In this document: positions 50,913 through 64,000 of the stretch, in pieces
Numbering within the stretch: position 1 is the stretch's first letter
Layout: each line of letters opens with the position of its first letter
Assembly: GCA_002269645.1 (NCBI GenBank)
Contig: NIVC01000598.1
Coordinates: forward strand, 532,286 to 596,285
Reading direction: 5' to 3'
Length of the DNA: 64,000 nucleotides
DNA from: Macrostomum lignano
Lineage: Eukaryota
The notes under the pieces: generated by a model
What the model was told of the DNA's origin: nothing
What the model saw: only the letters and a program-made list of their open reading frames with translations
The model's database searches: none
Made by a program: the position numbers and the translations under genes

Positions 50913-51568
50913 CACTCAGCAACATTGAAAAGTGTCTACGTCTGCACAAAAGGCTACACTAGCTGAACGATTAGGGATTGAAAGGTTTTTAACTATTTTT
51001 GGGCCATAGACAGTCAAAATAAGGCAACAAAGATTGAACAGCGAAACAAGTCCATGCCCATTTCCACGCTGTGTACGTGTCTAAAGCACAGTCAGTAACA
51101 GGTATAGATAGCAACCACGAGCGTCCAACAGACCGCTCACTCGTCGAAGCATTCCCGAACAAGGCGCCGCAGAAAGTCTTGTGGAAGCTGTTGCCACGCG
51201 ACTGAAAGCGCATTGCGCAGCTGGACCATGTTCTGGGGGGATAGAGATTTTTGCACCGAATCGTACGCTTCAGGATATCCCACACGTGCTCAATCGAGTT
51301 CATATCCGGTGATCTGGACGGCCAACGAAGAGTGCGCCAATCAGTCATTTAGCGGACTATCGTTGTCACCTGCGTCCAGATGCCTCCAGTAAACCCCTGT
51401 ACACTCGTTACTGTAACGCTTTCCCCTGTGACACCAGATATCGGTCTTTACTCTTGCCTGCCCTTTTTGCTCATTTGTCTATGGCCCAAAACCAATTGGC
51501 GAAACCATCAATCGTGCTGCCCATGGACCCTTGGCGCAAGGGTGGGCACTTTTAAATGTTGCTGAGTG
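50913..51568 (-). mobile_element. Internally deleted Tc1/mariner element
   Basis: 22-bp TIRs CACTCAGCAACATT(G/T)AAAAGTG with TA on both flanks. Transposase C-terminal remnant WPSRSPDMNSIEHVW at about 51330-51280 (-). Confidence 0.9.
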
Positions 51569-51664
51569 TATTTACGAAAGACAAATGGTCAGGCTTCAAA
51601 CCAGTTGAAATTATATTTAATAGATTCTTGCGAAAATTCAGTCCATGCAGATCTCTTCAACTTC

Positions 51665-53232
51665 TCAAACCTTCTTCATGTAGCGAAGCCACAGGTAGCC
51701 GGCCACATGGAAGAGGATGAGGAACAGCAGGATGACGAGACAGTTGGCCCAGATTGGCAGAGGCTGGTCGGGCAAGTACTGGATGATCTCAGAGGACGGG
51801 AATGTGGTCTGGTTGTTCGCGTTCAGGTAGGTGCCGTTCAGGCAGCTGGGGTAGGCGCTCCTCAGGGTGGTGGCGCACCCGCGGAAGCTTTCGGAAAGGT
51901 CAGTGTCTCACGACAATTATTAAGTACCTGCAACGCCACCAGCACAGGCAGAAAAGCAAAGGCGGTAGCAATTCAGTTTTGTTAAAACAAGCTATAATAT
52001 TTTGGTAGCCACTGCACTCACAGAACATTGGCCAAGTTTTGCACGAGCAGCAGCAAGCAGAAGTGGTAGCAGTACCGGATGAACGACAGGTACTTGGCCC
52101 ACTCCAGCCAGACTGGGATGGCGATTGTGTAGAAGCCGCCTATGGGAAAGATGTAGACAATTGGCATCAATCACTTGTGCATACTATTGGTATAATAAAG
52201 GTCATTTTTCACGCCTAATCTCAATTAAACTTACCCATCGAAAATAAGTACACCATGAACAAGTAGGCGATGGACATGTTGGCCTTTGGATTGTCCGTTA
52301 GCAGACCAATGAATACTCCGGTAGCCTGCGAAATTATTTTAGTCAGTCTTTCACAGATTTCACGCATTCGTTTTTTTTAAAATGAAATATGAATTATTCT
52401 GGCGGCTGCACAACGCGGCTGGCGGCTCTTCAAACCAAAGTGCTACTATTTAGCAGCAAAAGAAATGCCACGACACGACCAATGCCAAAATTTGAAAATA
52501 TTTTCAGGTCATGTTACCTGGTGACCCATGCTGTTCACGAGAACTCCCAGAACGAAGGGCAAATACTCAATTCCGGTTCCCATACCGGCGATCCAGTACA
52601 ACAGATTAAGCATGACGAGTGGCAATACAAGAACCATCGGCAACTCCGTGATCATCTTGGCAACGTAGTAAGCGCCAATCTGGTACATGCCGGCGCGCCG
52701 TTCGTGCTTTACGATCATGATGTCCTCTTGGACTGGAAGCATTTTTAAAATTCGGTTTGCACATAATTTCTAAACAATGACTACACCGGTAATTAATGAA
52801 TTGCATGAATTTGCAGAGTACAAAAACATGATCTAGCTTACCTGATAAGATGGCTGCAAGAAGAGGCTCATAGCTGAGATTCGTTGACAAAAAAAACTTA
52901 TGAGAAATTTATGAATTCTCGTTAAAGAAAAATGAACGAAAATGCAACGGTTCATAGAACACGCAGTATTTAGACGCATTACCGAAACTTACACAACCTA
53001 TTATGCCCTTGACATGCTCCTCCGTACGAACTACTTGAAGCTCACCGCTGGGACCCATGACCGCCAGCAGGTTTCCACTCTTTGCGATGGCGCTCACGCC
53101 GTGCAGAATCTGCTTCTCTCTGGCGAACAGGCACAGACAATTAGCAGTCAGAGTCGTCTGCCTTCTCACGTCTTCGCCACTGAGAACTGGACTACGAGTC
53201 GTTTCTGCAAGTTCAGATTCCTGTGATACCAT
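51665..53232 (-). pseudogene. Internally deleted ABCG paralogue lacking NBD and TM1; may be a still-coding TMD-only gene of about 313 aa
   Basis: Exons homologous to exons 1, 5 (tail only) and 6-10 of the upstream ABCG: 53232-52993, 52896-52842, 52732-52518, 52325-52235, 52139-52022, 51887-51665. No in-frame stops on this path. Confidence 0.55.
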
Positions 53233-55997
53233 TCTTAGTGGGTTCGCGTTATCGAACGGAGAATTCTATGCTTTAGTTCGTATACAGAAATTTCGAAAAA
53301 CTGTTTAAAAATTATTGAATAAAGTTATATAACATAGCTCAAGCCTGCGCTGCAGAAAATTACTATACGAGCTACATTGTCTTCTCGACCAACCCGAAAC
53401 ACGCAGATAGCAACCCCAAACTTAACCCCTTAATTTCTTGAGCAGCTGTCTTTCGATTGTTCGTCTGGTTCTGCATTATACCGGTATGTGGCAACGAACA
53501 CCTTATTGGATTGCGTCGTGCAGGAGAAGCGTATACAGAGCTATTGTTATAAATTGTCAAGTTCGTATCTTTCCACCTGCCTGCCTGCCTGGTGAAGGCC
53601 CTGCCATATATCAGGGCCGTCAATGCCACAGCAGGATATGACAGTTTCAAGCACGACGACACCATCTCAGCTAATCAAGGAGGTTGTTCCAGACGCGAAA
53701 GCACGTGATATAAAAACTGACCTTTTGATCGATTATAATGTGACAGTGTGATTCGTAGAAGCGTGTATCGTATTTCTTTATTTTCATATGCATACCGTAC
53801 TACTACTGTATTCTTTCATTTATTTTAACAATATTCGTACGTATTATTATCGCGCTATTTTTCACAGTTAATTGCTTTGTTTTTGTAGCCTCGTATGTAT
53901 TTATTCTATTATTTGTATTTCATTCATATCGTTATTATTTCTCGTAAAGTAGTTCTATCTATGTACATGTACTGACGTATGTTATTCTTGCATGATATAT
54001 TTATCGATTAATTTGTACATGTACATTGCGCGCCGCGTGGGGGGGGGGGGGTTTGTCTGGGTTTTGGATTAGGGGTGTTGTTGTTTGTTATCTGTTTACC
54101 AACCAATTAAATATACGCTTGCAGTCAGCGGCCGCTCTTTCCCTTCGCTCCTGGGTTTTCGCTCCGCTTCTCGCGGGCGCCTTAGCCGTCGCAATTCAAT
54201 TGCTTTAGTCGCACTAAAATTAAGCAGCTACCAATCCAAACCTAACCTTCAATTCAACATACCAAATCTGAAATCTGCAATTTACGCTAAGGGAAGTCGG
54301 CTACTGGCTCTAGATTATCAAATTTAACCGCTACACAAATCGTACGTCTTCCCGCCTTTATTCGTCACAATAACATGAATCCTGTATCATTTTTGGTATT
54401 TTACGTGCATATCTTACTGTACTACTAACCTTGCGATTTAAAGTAGCATTTATTGTATGCGTAAAAATGTAAAATGCGTTGCTATTAAATCCTGCATGAA
54501 TTGTTTACACTTTTAAATCAATTTTAATACAAGCGCGTACTTCAAAAACTTGTTGTCTATTTGTTGGTGAATTCTTTTTGATTGGTGGATGACAGAATGA
54601 CCAAATTTCTGGTTTAGTTTTGTGTGCATCGCTGTCTAAGATGCGCTACAAAGCCGATCCTCACCCCATTTCGCTGAAGTATGGTGAGTATCCACTTACA
54701 TGTACATGCCACAAGTGTAGTTGAAACTTTTATAGTGTGTCTCCGCGTGACAAACTTGAACAGGAAATCTCGGATAAAGTTTCATATTTAGAAAAACTTA
54801 TTACAGCAGAGGATAAAGTATTTTACTCGATGACTCAATAAGTAGAGACATATGATGAAAATTCTAATAAAATGTATCAAAGACATGGTGAAAAAAAAGA
54901 TTGAATACTTGAATGTTTGCGGACGACATTTCAATTCCCATTACGTCAAAAAACTAAGAATATTTTATCCACTAGCTTTTCTATTTATTTTTTCTTTCGA
55001 TCGCTTCAATACTCGCAGTAGTTCGACTCAAATAAAATCATATAATATAAAAGTCAGCACCCTCGGCCAGTGCATTTAATTACAGCTCGTAATAAAAATA
55101 TGACGCTATGACCAATGAAAAATGTGACGCTTTAAAATGACACCAAAGCTGTGTTTGAAGCTGTTTCGGTGCTTGCTCCAGGATTAAAAGTGTCAAAGCT
55201 CTTAGGACACCCATTTTAGTAACCAAACATAACTAAAAATAATTTTGAATCATTTTCTGGCCTTGCATGTTCAACAAAAATAAAATCCTGGAAGAAATTA
55301 TGCTTACTACTCGTGTGTCCCAACAACCGATCGCGTTTTGCTGCAAAAGCACAATTTCACGTTCTGTCCTTCCCTCACAAGACGCAATCGTTCTTTGGCC
55401 CTACAATCTGAGGTTTCATATGCTCGTGTCACTCACTGACTATGACCATACTGGCATGTGTACCTGCGCAGAAAATATAAAACTTTATACATTACAACTT
55501 ATGATCGTTAGTTTTTAATTAGTTTTCGGTTGGTTTAACCTATTTATACCTTTCGACAGGATGTCAAAAAACTTATGTTATCTCGTCGAACATTTAGATT
55601 CTATTAAACATTTAAGAAAATCTGACGCATAGTACACAGTAGTATAATTTTGAAAATAGAATACAAGAGAAAATACCGGATTACTGTGCGTTGAATTTTA
55701 AATTTTACGCCAGACATGGGGTGAGAAAAACCGATGGCTCTATCGAAAAAGACACGATCGGATTGTGTTTCGCCTAGAGTGGACAGTAACCACCTATTAA
55801 AAAGTTTTTAGAAGCTTAGTCAGAATTCGATCAGACACAACCTTGTTTATTTTTCCCGGCTTAATAACTAGTAATATTTCACAACGTCTAAAAATATAAA
55901 CACGCCCAAAAGTTAACTATAAATTTTTACCAAAACAGATAAATAACACTGAATAGAGTATTGTGCGAATTCACTCCATGCAGATCTCTTCAACTTC

Positions 55998-58900
55998 TTA
56001 AACCTTCTTCATATAGCGAAGCCACAGGTAGCCGGCCACACGGAAGAAGACGAGGAACAGCAGGATGACGAGACAGTTGGCCCAGATTGGCAGTGGCTGG
56101 TCGGGCAAGTACTGGATGATCTCAGAGGACGGGAATGTGGTCTGGTTGTTCGCGTTCAGGTAGGTGCCGTTCAGGCAGCTGGGGTAGGCGCTCCTCAGGG
56201 TGGTGGCGCACCTGCGGAAAGTTTTTGAGATGGGTACGAAAGATGTGAAACGCTTTTCTGGATTTTTTGCAAGCCCTTTCTTGAAAGCAGAAAACTTTAT
56301 GGAAATCAGCATCAAGAATAAATAAAAGAAAAGTTTTCTTGATTTTGATTATTGATTTTGATTGATTTTGATACCCTAGAGTAAGAGAGAGGGAAAAGGA
56401 GTAAAGAGGGAGAGGAAGTAGAGAGGGAAAAGAAAACAGCCTTGTGTAATCATCCTCTTGAAAAGCATCCATCGAATTACGTCGCACCAAGTACACTTTC
56501 ATTCGGGCCGGATCTCTTTCTGCAACAAACTCAGCGATGCTACTAGAGCAGTAGGAAAGTAGCAACCAGCGGCTATGTACTTACACGAAACTATTGGAGT
56601 TTTGCATGGTCAGCAGCATGCTGAAGTGGTAGCAGTACCGGATGAACGACAGGTACTTGGCCCACACCAGCCAGTCAGGGATGGCGGTTGTGAAGAAGCC
56701 GCCTGCAAGAAAATCAGAAAATGACGGCACATCGATGAAGGGTGGGAAGATTCAAAGAATCACTGACGAATGCACATTTAAAATATGAGCTACAAAAATA
56801 ATTCAAATCATGGAAAAATAAGAGGTCAACAGTTTCCAGGACTCATAAGCATGTAATTGGGAGTACATAGACTTACAAACCAAATTTTAAAGGTAAGAAG
56901 CGCGTCACACTTCTTTCGTGCTTCTTACGTGTTTTAGGTTAAAGTATTATAGTGATTGTCTAATACGAGTTTTGATTTAAATAAGATAGCCGATTCTTCA
57001 CAGAGCAGCTGAGCGGCAAATGCGTCCGACTCTCGCGCCACAAGCTCTAGTTCAATACTGTGCACAGTCACATTACCTTAGGGCTTGTGCAAAATATAGG
57101 CCACAAGGATGTTATGCAATGAAAGCCACGAGGTTCAACCCGAAGACTCAGAGTGTACAGGTCTGATGATTAGAAAGTCAGGAGGGCCGCTTTACACCCT
57201 GTGTGAGCGGTGTATGAGTGCTTGCCTGTGTAATATATTGTCCGCGCTTGCATGTCCTCAGGAGGGAATGGGCAGAATTGCCATTAAACCTTGTCGACGA
57301 AGATATTGCTTCAGGGTGCTCATGGCTGTCCTACAAACACTTGGATATTTATTACTCACCAAGCAAAAGCGAGAACATCATGAAAATGTAGGCAATGGTC
57401 ACGTTAGCTTTTGGAGTGTCCGTCAGAAGGCCAACAAATATTCCGATGCCCTGGAGAATCATGCAAAATAAGACTGTTGTGTGAAAGAATTTTAGTAGGA
57501 TGGGGCGAGCTCTCGTCATTCAAACAATTAAACAATTCAAATTGAACAATACGCTGCTGAGTAAAGTACCTGACAAGCCACGCTGTTGGCAAGATATCCC
57601 AGTAGAAACGGCACGTACTCGACACCAGTTCCCAGACCGGCGATCCAGTACACCAGAGTCAGCATGATAAACGGTGCTACAATAACCAGCGGCATCTCTG
57701 TGGCCATCTTGGCAACGTAGTAAGCGCCAATCTGGTACATGCCAGCACGACGCTCGTGCTTCACGATCATGATGTCCTCTTGAACTGGAACAAACGTACG
57801 TTTTTACGCATCAGTGTCATTACATACTAGTTGATACTTCAAGTAGTTCTATCAGGCACATTATCGGTATTATAACATGCATAAAAAATTGATCTCACAT
57901 GATACGACGGCTTCGAGCAGGGGTGCAAAGCTAAGATTCGTTGCCAAGAAGAAAATCTGTATAAGTTAAAGAAATTTTCTCTTTTATTTAGAAGTACGCG
58001 TATCATGGTCGTAAATTTACTTCTAGTTAGAACCCCGCAAATGCCATCAAGACTTACACAACCCATTATGTCCTTGACGTGCTCCTCTGTGCGGGTAATC
58101 TGCCACCACAGCAAGCTGCAGATCAGACCCACAAACAGCGTTTGAATTATTGGAAACACGGATAGGAAACGGCTGCGAGCCAGGTAGAAGCCTCGAATGG
58201 TGAGCGCGTTGAGCTGACGACGCCACTTTACCCGAGTCACCTCCGACAGCTCGCGCTCGTCGCCATCGTCGTCGACGTACTCGATCGGAACCGGACCGGA
58301 CATCTCGAGGTGCGTGTCCGCCTTACCGTTCGCTTTGCCGTCCGCCTCCTCGTAGGCCGGGTTCACGTGACCGAGACTCACCGATGAGCCGTTGCCCTGC
58401 TTTTCGAGGCGGCCATTTCTGAAATTGACTTCGTCAGCATCTTCTCCATCGCCTCCGGCGCCTTGGTCTAGCAGAGCTCGAGAGTTGGCGGCAGCGATGA
58501 GCGACTTGAGCTGTCCGAGGTCCGAGAATCTGGCGCCCTGCTCGATGATGTGGTGCTTGTTTTCGGACGAGCCCTTCACGATCTCCACTGTAGAAATGAT
58601 GTAAACGTTATGATTATTGTAATGGATGGCGTAAACAAAATGCGCTAACTAAACAGTCTTCCATAACTACATTAATGTGCCTGCCTATCGTTATATGGTC
58701 ACTCACGCATGAAGTCGGCGGGATTCCAGTGCTTGTGAAAGGGTACGTCGATGCTCTCGAAGTAATCGACCATCCCGCTGCGCTTTCCGCTGTACGAGAT
58801 GTGACCGTCCGTCAGCAGCAGCAGGTCGTCGAACACGTGGAAAATCTGCGACGACGGCTGGTGGATGCTGGCGATGACGATCTTGTTCTCCTTGATCGAC

Positions 58901-60192
58901 CAGCGGCGCAGCAGGTCGATCAGCGTCATGGCCAGGCTGGAGTCGAGACCGGACGTCGGCTCGTCCAGCAGCAGCACGTCCGGATTGCGGAGCAGCTCGC
59001 AGGCGATGTTGGCTCGCTTCTTCTCGCCTCCGGACAGGCCGGGCATCATGAAGTTTCCCATGACTGTGAAACCGTTATTTTAAGGTATGTTAGTACTCGT
59101 ACGAGTATTATTCCGTTATAGCCATATTGCCGTCGTCATTTTTATTTCCCCGACGAGATATTTTTCCTAAACTGTTTTTAACATCTTGGTATATTTATGG
59201 TCAGTTCAAATCAGTTTCTACCAAACAATTAATTAATATATTTACGAGCAATACTAAATAAAAAGTGACACTAGAAATTTACTAGCGCATAATTATGGTT
59301 TTATGGTTTCTTGGCACGGTTTTTATGAAACATGCGTAAAAGTTCTTTCCATACTTATATTTTGTCAAAAAATCAAGTTCACACGCACTTGTCTCCATGC
59401 AATTCTCCAATTCCAAAGATTTTATCACTTCGTCGATGCGCGCTTTTCGCTCCTTCTCCGTCAGCGTGTCGGGGAGCTTCACTCGAGCGGCGAACTGAAT
59501 TATAAAGTACAATTTGTTATTTTTGTTCAAGTCGGAAAGCTAAACAAATGCGTGCCTGCCGTAAAGTCTCACCTCAACAGTCTGTCGTAGAGTTAGTGTG
59601 GGGAAGAACACGTCCATCTGAGTGACGTAGCCGAATGACTTTCGCATTCTGGGCGACACCGGCTTGCCGCCCACCGTGATGCTGCCCGACGTCAGGGGCA
59701 TCCGCCCGGAGAGGGCGTTCAAGAAGGTCGTCTTGCCGCTCCCTGGTAACGTGAAACATAGATAAAAGAAAAGCACGCCTAAATAGAGCGTTACTGAAAG
59801 GAAATGTCTCAGACAAAAAGCTTGGTAAATGTGATATTACATTAAATTTGTTAAAAGATTTACGAGGTCCAGAAAAGTCATTGCAGTTTCAGGGCTTTGC
59901 TTTGCGCTTCTGGTAAAATATAGCGAGATAACTTTAGTGGTCCTTCGCAATGTACCTTCATTCCTTAATTTCAATGCACTTTTAAATTAGCCTCACCGCT
60001 AGGACCCATCACCGACAGCAGGCTTCCACTCCTGGCGATGGCGCTCACGCCGTGCAGAATCTGCTTCGCTCCGGCGAACACACACAGCCGATCAGCAGTC
60101 AGAGTTGTCCGCCTTCTCACGCCTTCGCCACTGAGAACTGGATTACGCATCGTTTGAGTCGTTTGTGCAATTTCGGATTCCTGTGATGCCAT
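55998..60192 (-). CDS. ABCG-family (White-like) half transporter, about 684 aa
   Basis: Ten phase-consistent exons: 60192-59997, 59742-59573, 59494-59389, 59063-58707, 58587-58058, 57956-57899, 57784-57570, 57450-57360, 56702-56585, 56211-55998. Walker A GPSGSGKTT, signature LSGGEKKR, Walker B LLLDEPTSGLD, IHQPS, NPADF; NBD-TMD order. Confidence 0.92.
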
Positions 60193-60375
60193 TCTGAGTG
60201 CGTTTCTGAGTTTGGTAAAAGCACATTAAGTTACAGTTTTTAAGTGGCAGTTGACACTAAAAAATGCAGTTCTAGCCAACACAGCAAGCATAAATTGTCT
60301 TCTTAACCAACCCGAAAACCGCAGACGACACCCCAGCCGCAAACTTTCCACCCTCTCCTTGCGAGAGCAGCAATC

Positions 60376-60910
<535 letters not shown>

Positions 60911-61657
60911 CTATCTGCTCTTTCACAAAGTCAAGGCAAGGAGCATAAAGTTTCGCACTAATCTTGGAGATAAGTCCTATAGTAGACTGTGGTACTCTTA
61001 AAAATAAAATTTTCTTTAACATAGGGGTTTATGAAAGCACTGCACGGGGCACAGTCCGGGCTTTAAAGTCTATTGGCCATGCGAGGTAAAATCGAAAGCC
61101 AATATTTAATTAAGCAACAAAATCTTGTGATGCAAAAGTTTAGTTCGCAGTTGGAAGGCCGCACAGACGAACAGGTTTGCACTCGCACGCTCAGCGCGCT
61201 TCGAGTTTGCTATTAATTGAAACGTCGTAATAATGTTTTTACACTGCAAGAGCTAATTTCTTAAGTGACGCTTTTCGTCATTCTTGTGATATTTGTTCAC
61301 TTTACAGCTTTTTAAAGGGGATTCAAGCTATAGTCAAATATGTATATCTTATATTCGAGTGCTGTCCCAAAAGTAGTGTTACTTTTGTTTAGATCTCTCG
61401 TTCTGATGATTCAAAACTAATGTTGGTTTTAACATCTCTTAAAACAGACAATGGAAACAAAACTGAACAAAAGTTATGAATAAAAATGTAGCAGGAACTC
61501 GACTATAGAATTACAGTACGTCAACAAGCTAGCAGAAAGTAGCGAAAGTACTTTTGATTTAATGCACTCAGACTTCTTTGTTTAGGCTGCTGTGACAAAG
61601 AGATTAAAAAAAATTTTTCTATGGAAAGTTTGGAAAACCATAAAACTTTTAAAGCAG

Positions 61658-61779
61658 CGAAACGAGAATCGGCAAAATGAGATTCGGCGAAACGAGAATC
61701 GGCGATACGAGAATCGGCGAAACGAGAATCGGCGAAACGAGAATCGGCGAAACGAGAATCGGCGAAATGAGAGGTACCC
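61658..61779. repeat. 15-bp tandem (CGAAACGAGAATCGG)n, resembling a transposon subterminal array
   Basis: About 7 units ending GAAATGAGAGGTACCC. Confidence 0.8.
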
Positions 61780-63244
61780 TTGGAGGACATGGCACAGTGC
61801 AGCCGAGATTCATGTGCAACTTTAAACGGCTCATTGGTCTAATACAGTCATTTACCGCAGTCATTTTACACATTCACTGCAGCCAGTTACCCGTTTATCA
61901 GCTACCATTTCGTAATTTGGCTAACTTGTTGACTTACTGTAAGGCTATGGTCGAACATATGCTACATTTGAGTTCATAACTTCATTTCCATTGTCTGTTT
62001 CTGAAGATGTTAAAAGTGACTATAATGAAAGAGATTTTCCGCTATAATTTTGTGCAGAATTATGTTATTTAGATTAGGAAGCAATAATTAAGATTATAAG
62101 GTTATAAAACGCCTATTATCTACATTGAAATAAAAGCCATGGATGAAATATTCTGCCAGCCCAGCCATTTATAAGCTGGTTTGTGCTGCCAGCACTAACC
62201 GGCGTTTGTGTACACCGCCTACCCCCCGGCTTGCGCCCACCCCCCTCCCTCGGGAGGGTTTTTTTGCCTGCGGGCTAGCTGAGTTTGTGTCTTGCTGCGC
62301 GCGCAAATGCTTTTATGCTTTTTCGACTTAGTGAGCAATCCAGTTATATTCTTTCATCCAGGGCATGCTGTGACAAAGAGACATGTATGGAAAAACTTGG
62401 AGAACCATAAAACTTTTAACAGTAGAAAGACCATGGGGTGTATTTCAAATACACACATTTTTCGTTTGTCTGTATCTCCAGAAATATTCAACCAATTGCC
62501 ATGAAAATCCAGAACATGGGCTAAAATTTTTCGCTCTATTTGATGAAGCAACTTCGAAAATCACGAAAAATTGGCATCGTCGAGATATTTAACGATTCTC
62601 CTCGGGGTATCTGGTGGCAAAAACCACCAACATTGGCAAAAATTTTCTGCTCACAAAATCTCATCATGAAACCACGTCGGCTCAACGAACTACGTATATC
62701 GGTCGTGAGGCCTTTGTTCTCAGCGTCCCAGGCCCCAGGGTCCCCTTCAGCTCCGTCTGGAGCATCGGCGGCGACCGTCGGGACCTACAACAAAAGCACC
62801 CGATCGGCATCTCAGAAACGGCTGCGTTCCCAAAAACTGAAATGGAAGAATCCTCTTCTGCATGCAGCATTCAGTCAGTAGACATAATCGGTGAATGAAA
62901 TGGACGATGGCGACCCTCTAGGCTGACCTGTAGACAGACAAGCGACCTTCTGGACCTTCAACGGAGTGCCACCACGCGGCCCCGACAAGCTGGCCCCCCA
63001 ACATCGTGATTTTTCTATCAAGGCACCAAACCAGGATACAATGATCCTGCACCATGTTCAGCATTCAGCTCTGTCTGGACGACCTTCAGGACCTTCAACG
63101 GAGTGCCACCACGCGGCCCTGACGAGCTGACACCGCCAACATCGTGATTTTTCTATCAATGCTCCAAACAAGGCATTTCTGCATATTATACAATGCATTT
63201 AACTAGCGACTGAAAAAAAAATATTTAATTTCTTAAAAATGATA

Positions 63245-64000
63245 TTACAGTATGTCAAAAATGATGATATTACAGTATGTCAAAATGATACTACCGTATG
63301 TCAAAAATGAGCATGCAGCAAATTCAGAGCAGAAGGATCTGAACAGGCAGTTGGACACACACGTGAGCTCCTCAGAAAACCGGAATTCGCTCGTGTGTGG
63401 AGCCATGTTTTGAGTTGAATTCTTGAGATCGGCTTGCAGGCCACCACGAGTGCGCATCACTGTTCCAAGAAACGTGAATCCCATTTCCCGGTACAAGTGA
63501 TTGGCCAGCGCAAGACTCGAGAAGAATCTGTCACATGTGGTGCTGTGCCAGTGTCCTCTGAATGGATCAGCCATAGTGGCAAACAACTTGCCCACCACTC
63601 CACACCTCTGAGCCCTTGGCCAGCCGAGCATCGGATTCCTGATTCCTGTGATGCAAAAGTAGTGGACAGCAGTGTTCCTTTGCCAGCCAGTGCAGATTTC
63701 CGCATTAAACTCATAGCGGATTTCCATGTCATCCTGAATCTCTGGATTTCCAGCTCACGTCAGCAGGAACAGCTTGGCACCATTGCGACCGTTGGGGCCA
63801 AGCCCGGATCCTGCGGCAGTTTTCGAGAACTGCACTTCGGTGTTGAACTTCTTCGGGAAGGCGGGCGCGATCTGACGCCCGGTTCCAAGGGCCCTGGCCC
63901 GAGCGCGCCCGAATGGAAGAAGAAGAAGACCGGGCTTCTCCTTCAGAAAGACTGTGAAGTCACAGTTCACACCCCATGCCAGTAGACAATCAGAGATGTA
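63245..64000 (-). pseudogene. piggyBac-like transposase remnant
   Basis: LLPFGR, GAKLFLLT*AG (in-frame TGA), YEFNAEICTG, TTCDRFFSSLALANHL..GFTFLGTV and SEFRF...LTCVS resemble the piggyBac DDD core. Confidence 0.6.

Noticed and set aside
51566-51985. Plus-strand 139-aa ORF and other antisense ORFs over GC-rich exons
   Set aside because: Shadow ORFs of minus-strand ABCG, WDR44 and CCDC25 exons.

Overview
Eukaryotic (animal) genomic DNA with spliceosomal GT-AG introns, GC-rich exons, AT-rich spacers and a very high load of mini/microsatellites. The overall style suggests a free-living flatworm such as Macrostomum; this is inference and was not verified. Gene models were assembled by hand from splice sites and phase matching: PIGS (partial, -), MALSU1 (+), an orphan Gly/Pro/Gln/RG-rich gene (+), CCDC25 (-), WDR44 (-, first coding exon interrupted by a hAT MITE), a CUB + C-type-lectin single-pass receptor (+), a 5-exon gene fusing an N-terminal LRAT/PLAAT (NlpC/P60, NCEHF) domain to a C-terminal QACRG caspase (-), a small uncharacterised protein with no ATG of its own (-), an inositol-trisphosphate 3-kinase (-), and a tandem ABCG pair (one complete; one internally deleted copy lacking the nucleotide-binding domain but still in frame). 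Mobile DNA comprises five copies of a tRNA-derived CORE-type SINE, five hAT-like MITEs, a Harbinger-like MITE, Tc1/mariner derivatives and a piggyBac transposase remnant. A degenerate intronic tRNA-Gly is also present. Best candidate for a novel system is the LRAT-caspase fusion. Next are the NBD-less ABCG paralogue, two Met-less exons that would be in frame with a trans-spliced-leader AUG, and four minisatellites sharing a GAGAATCGCC core. Most long ORFs in the supplied track are artefacts of tandem repeats. No database searches were run.
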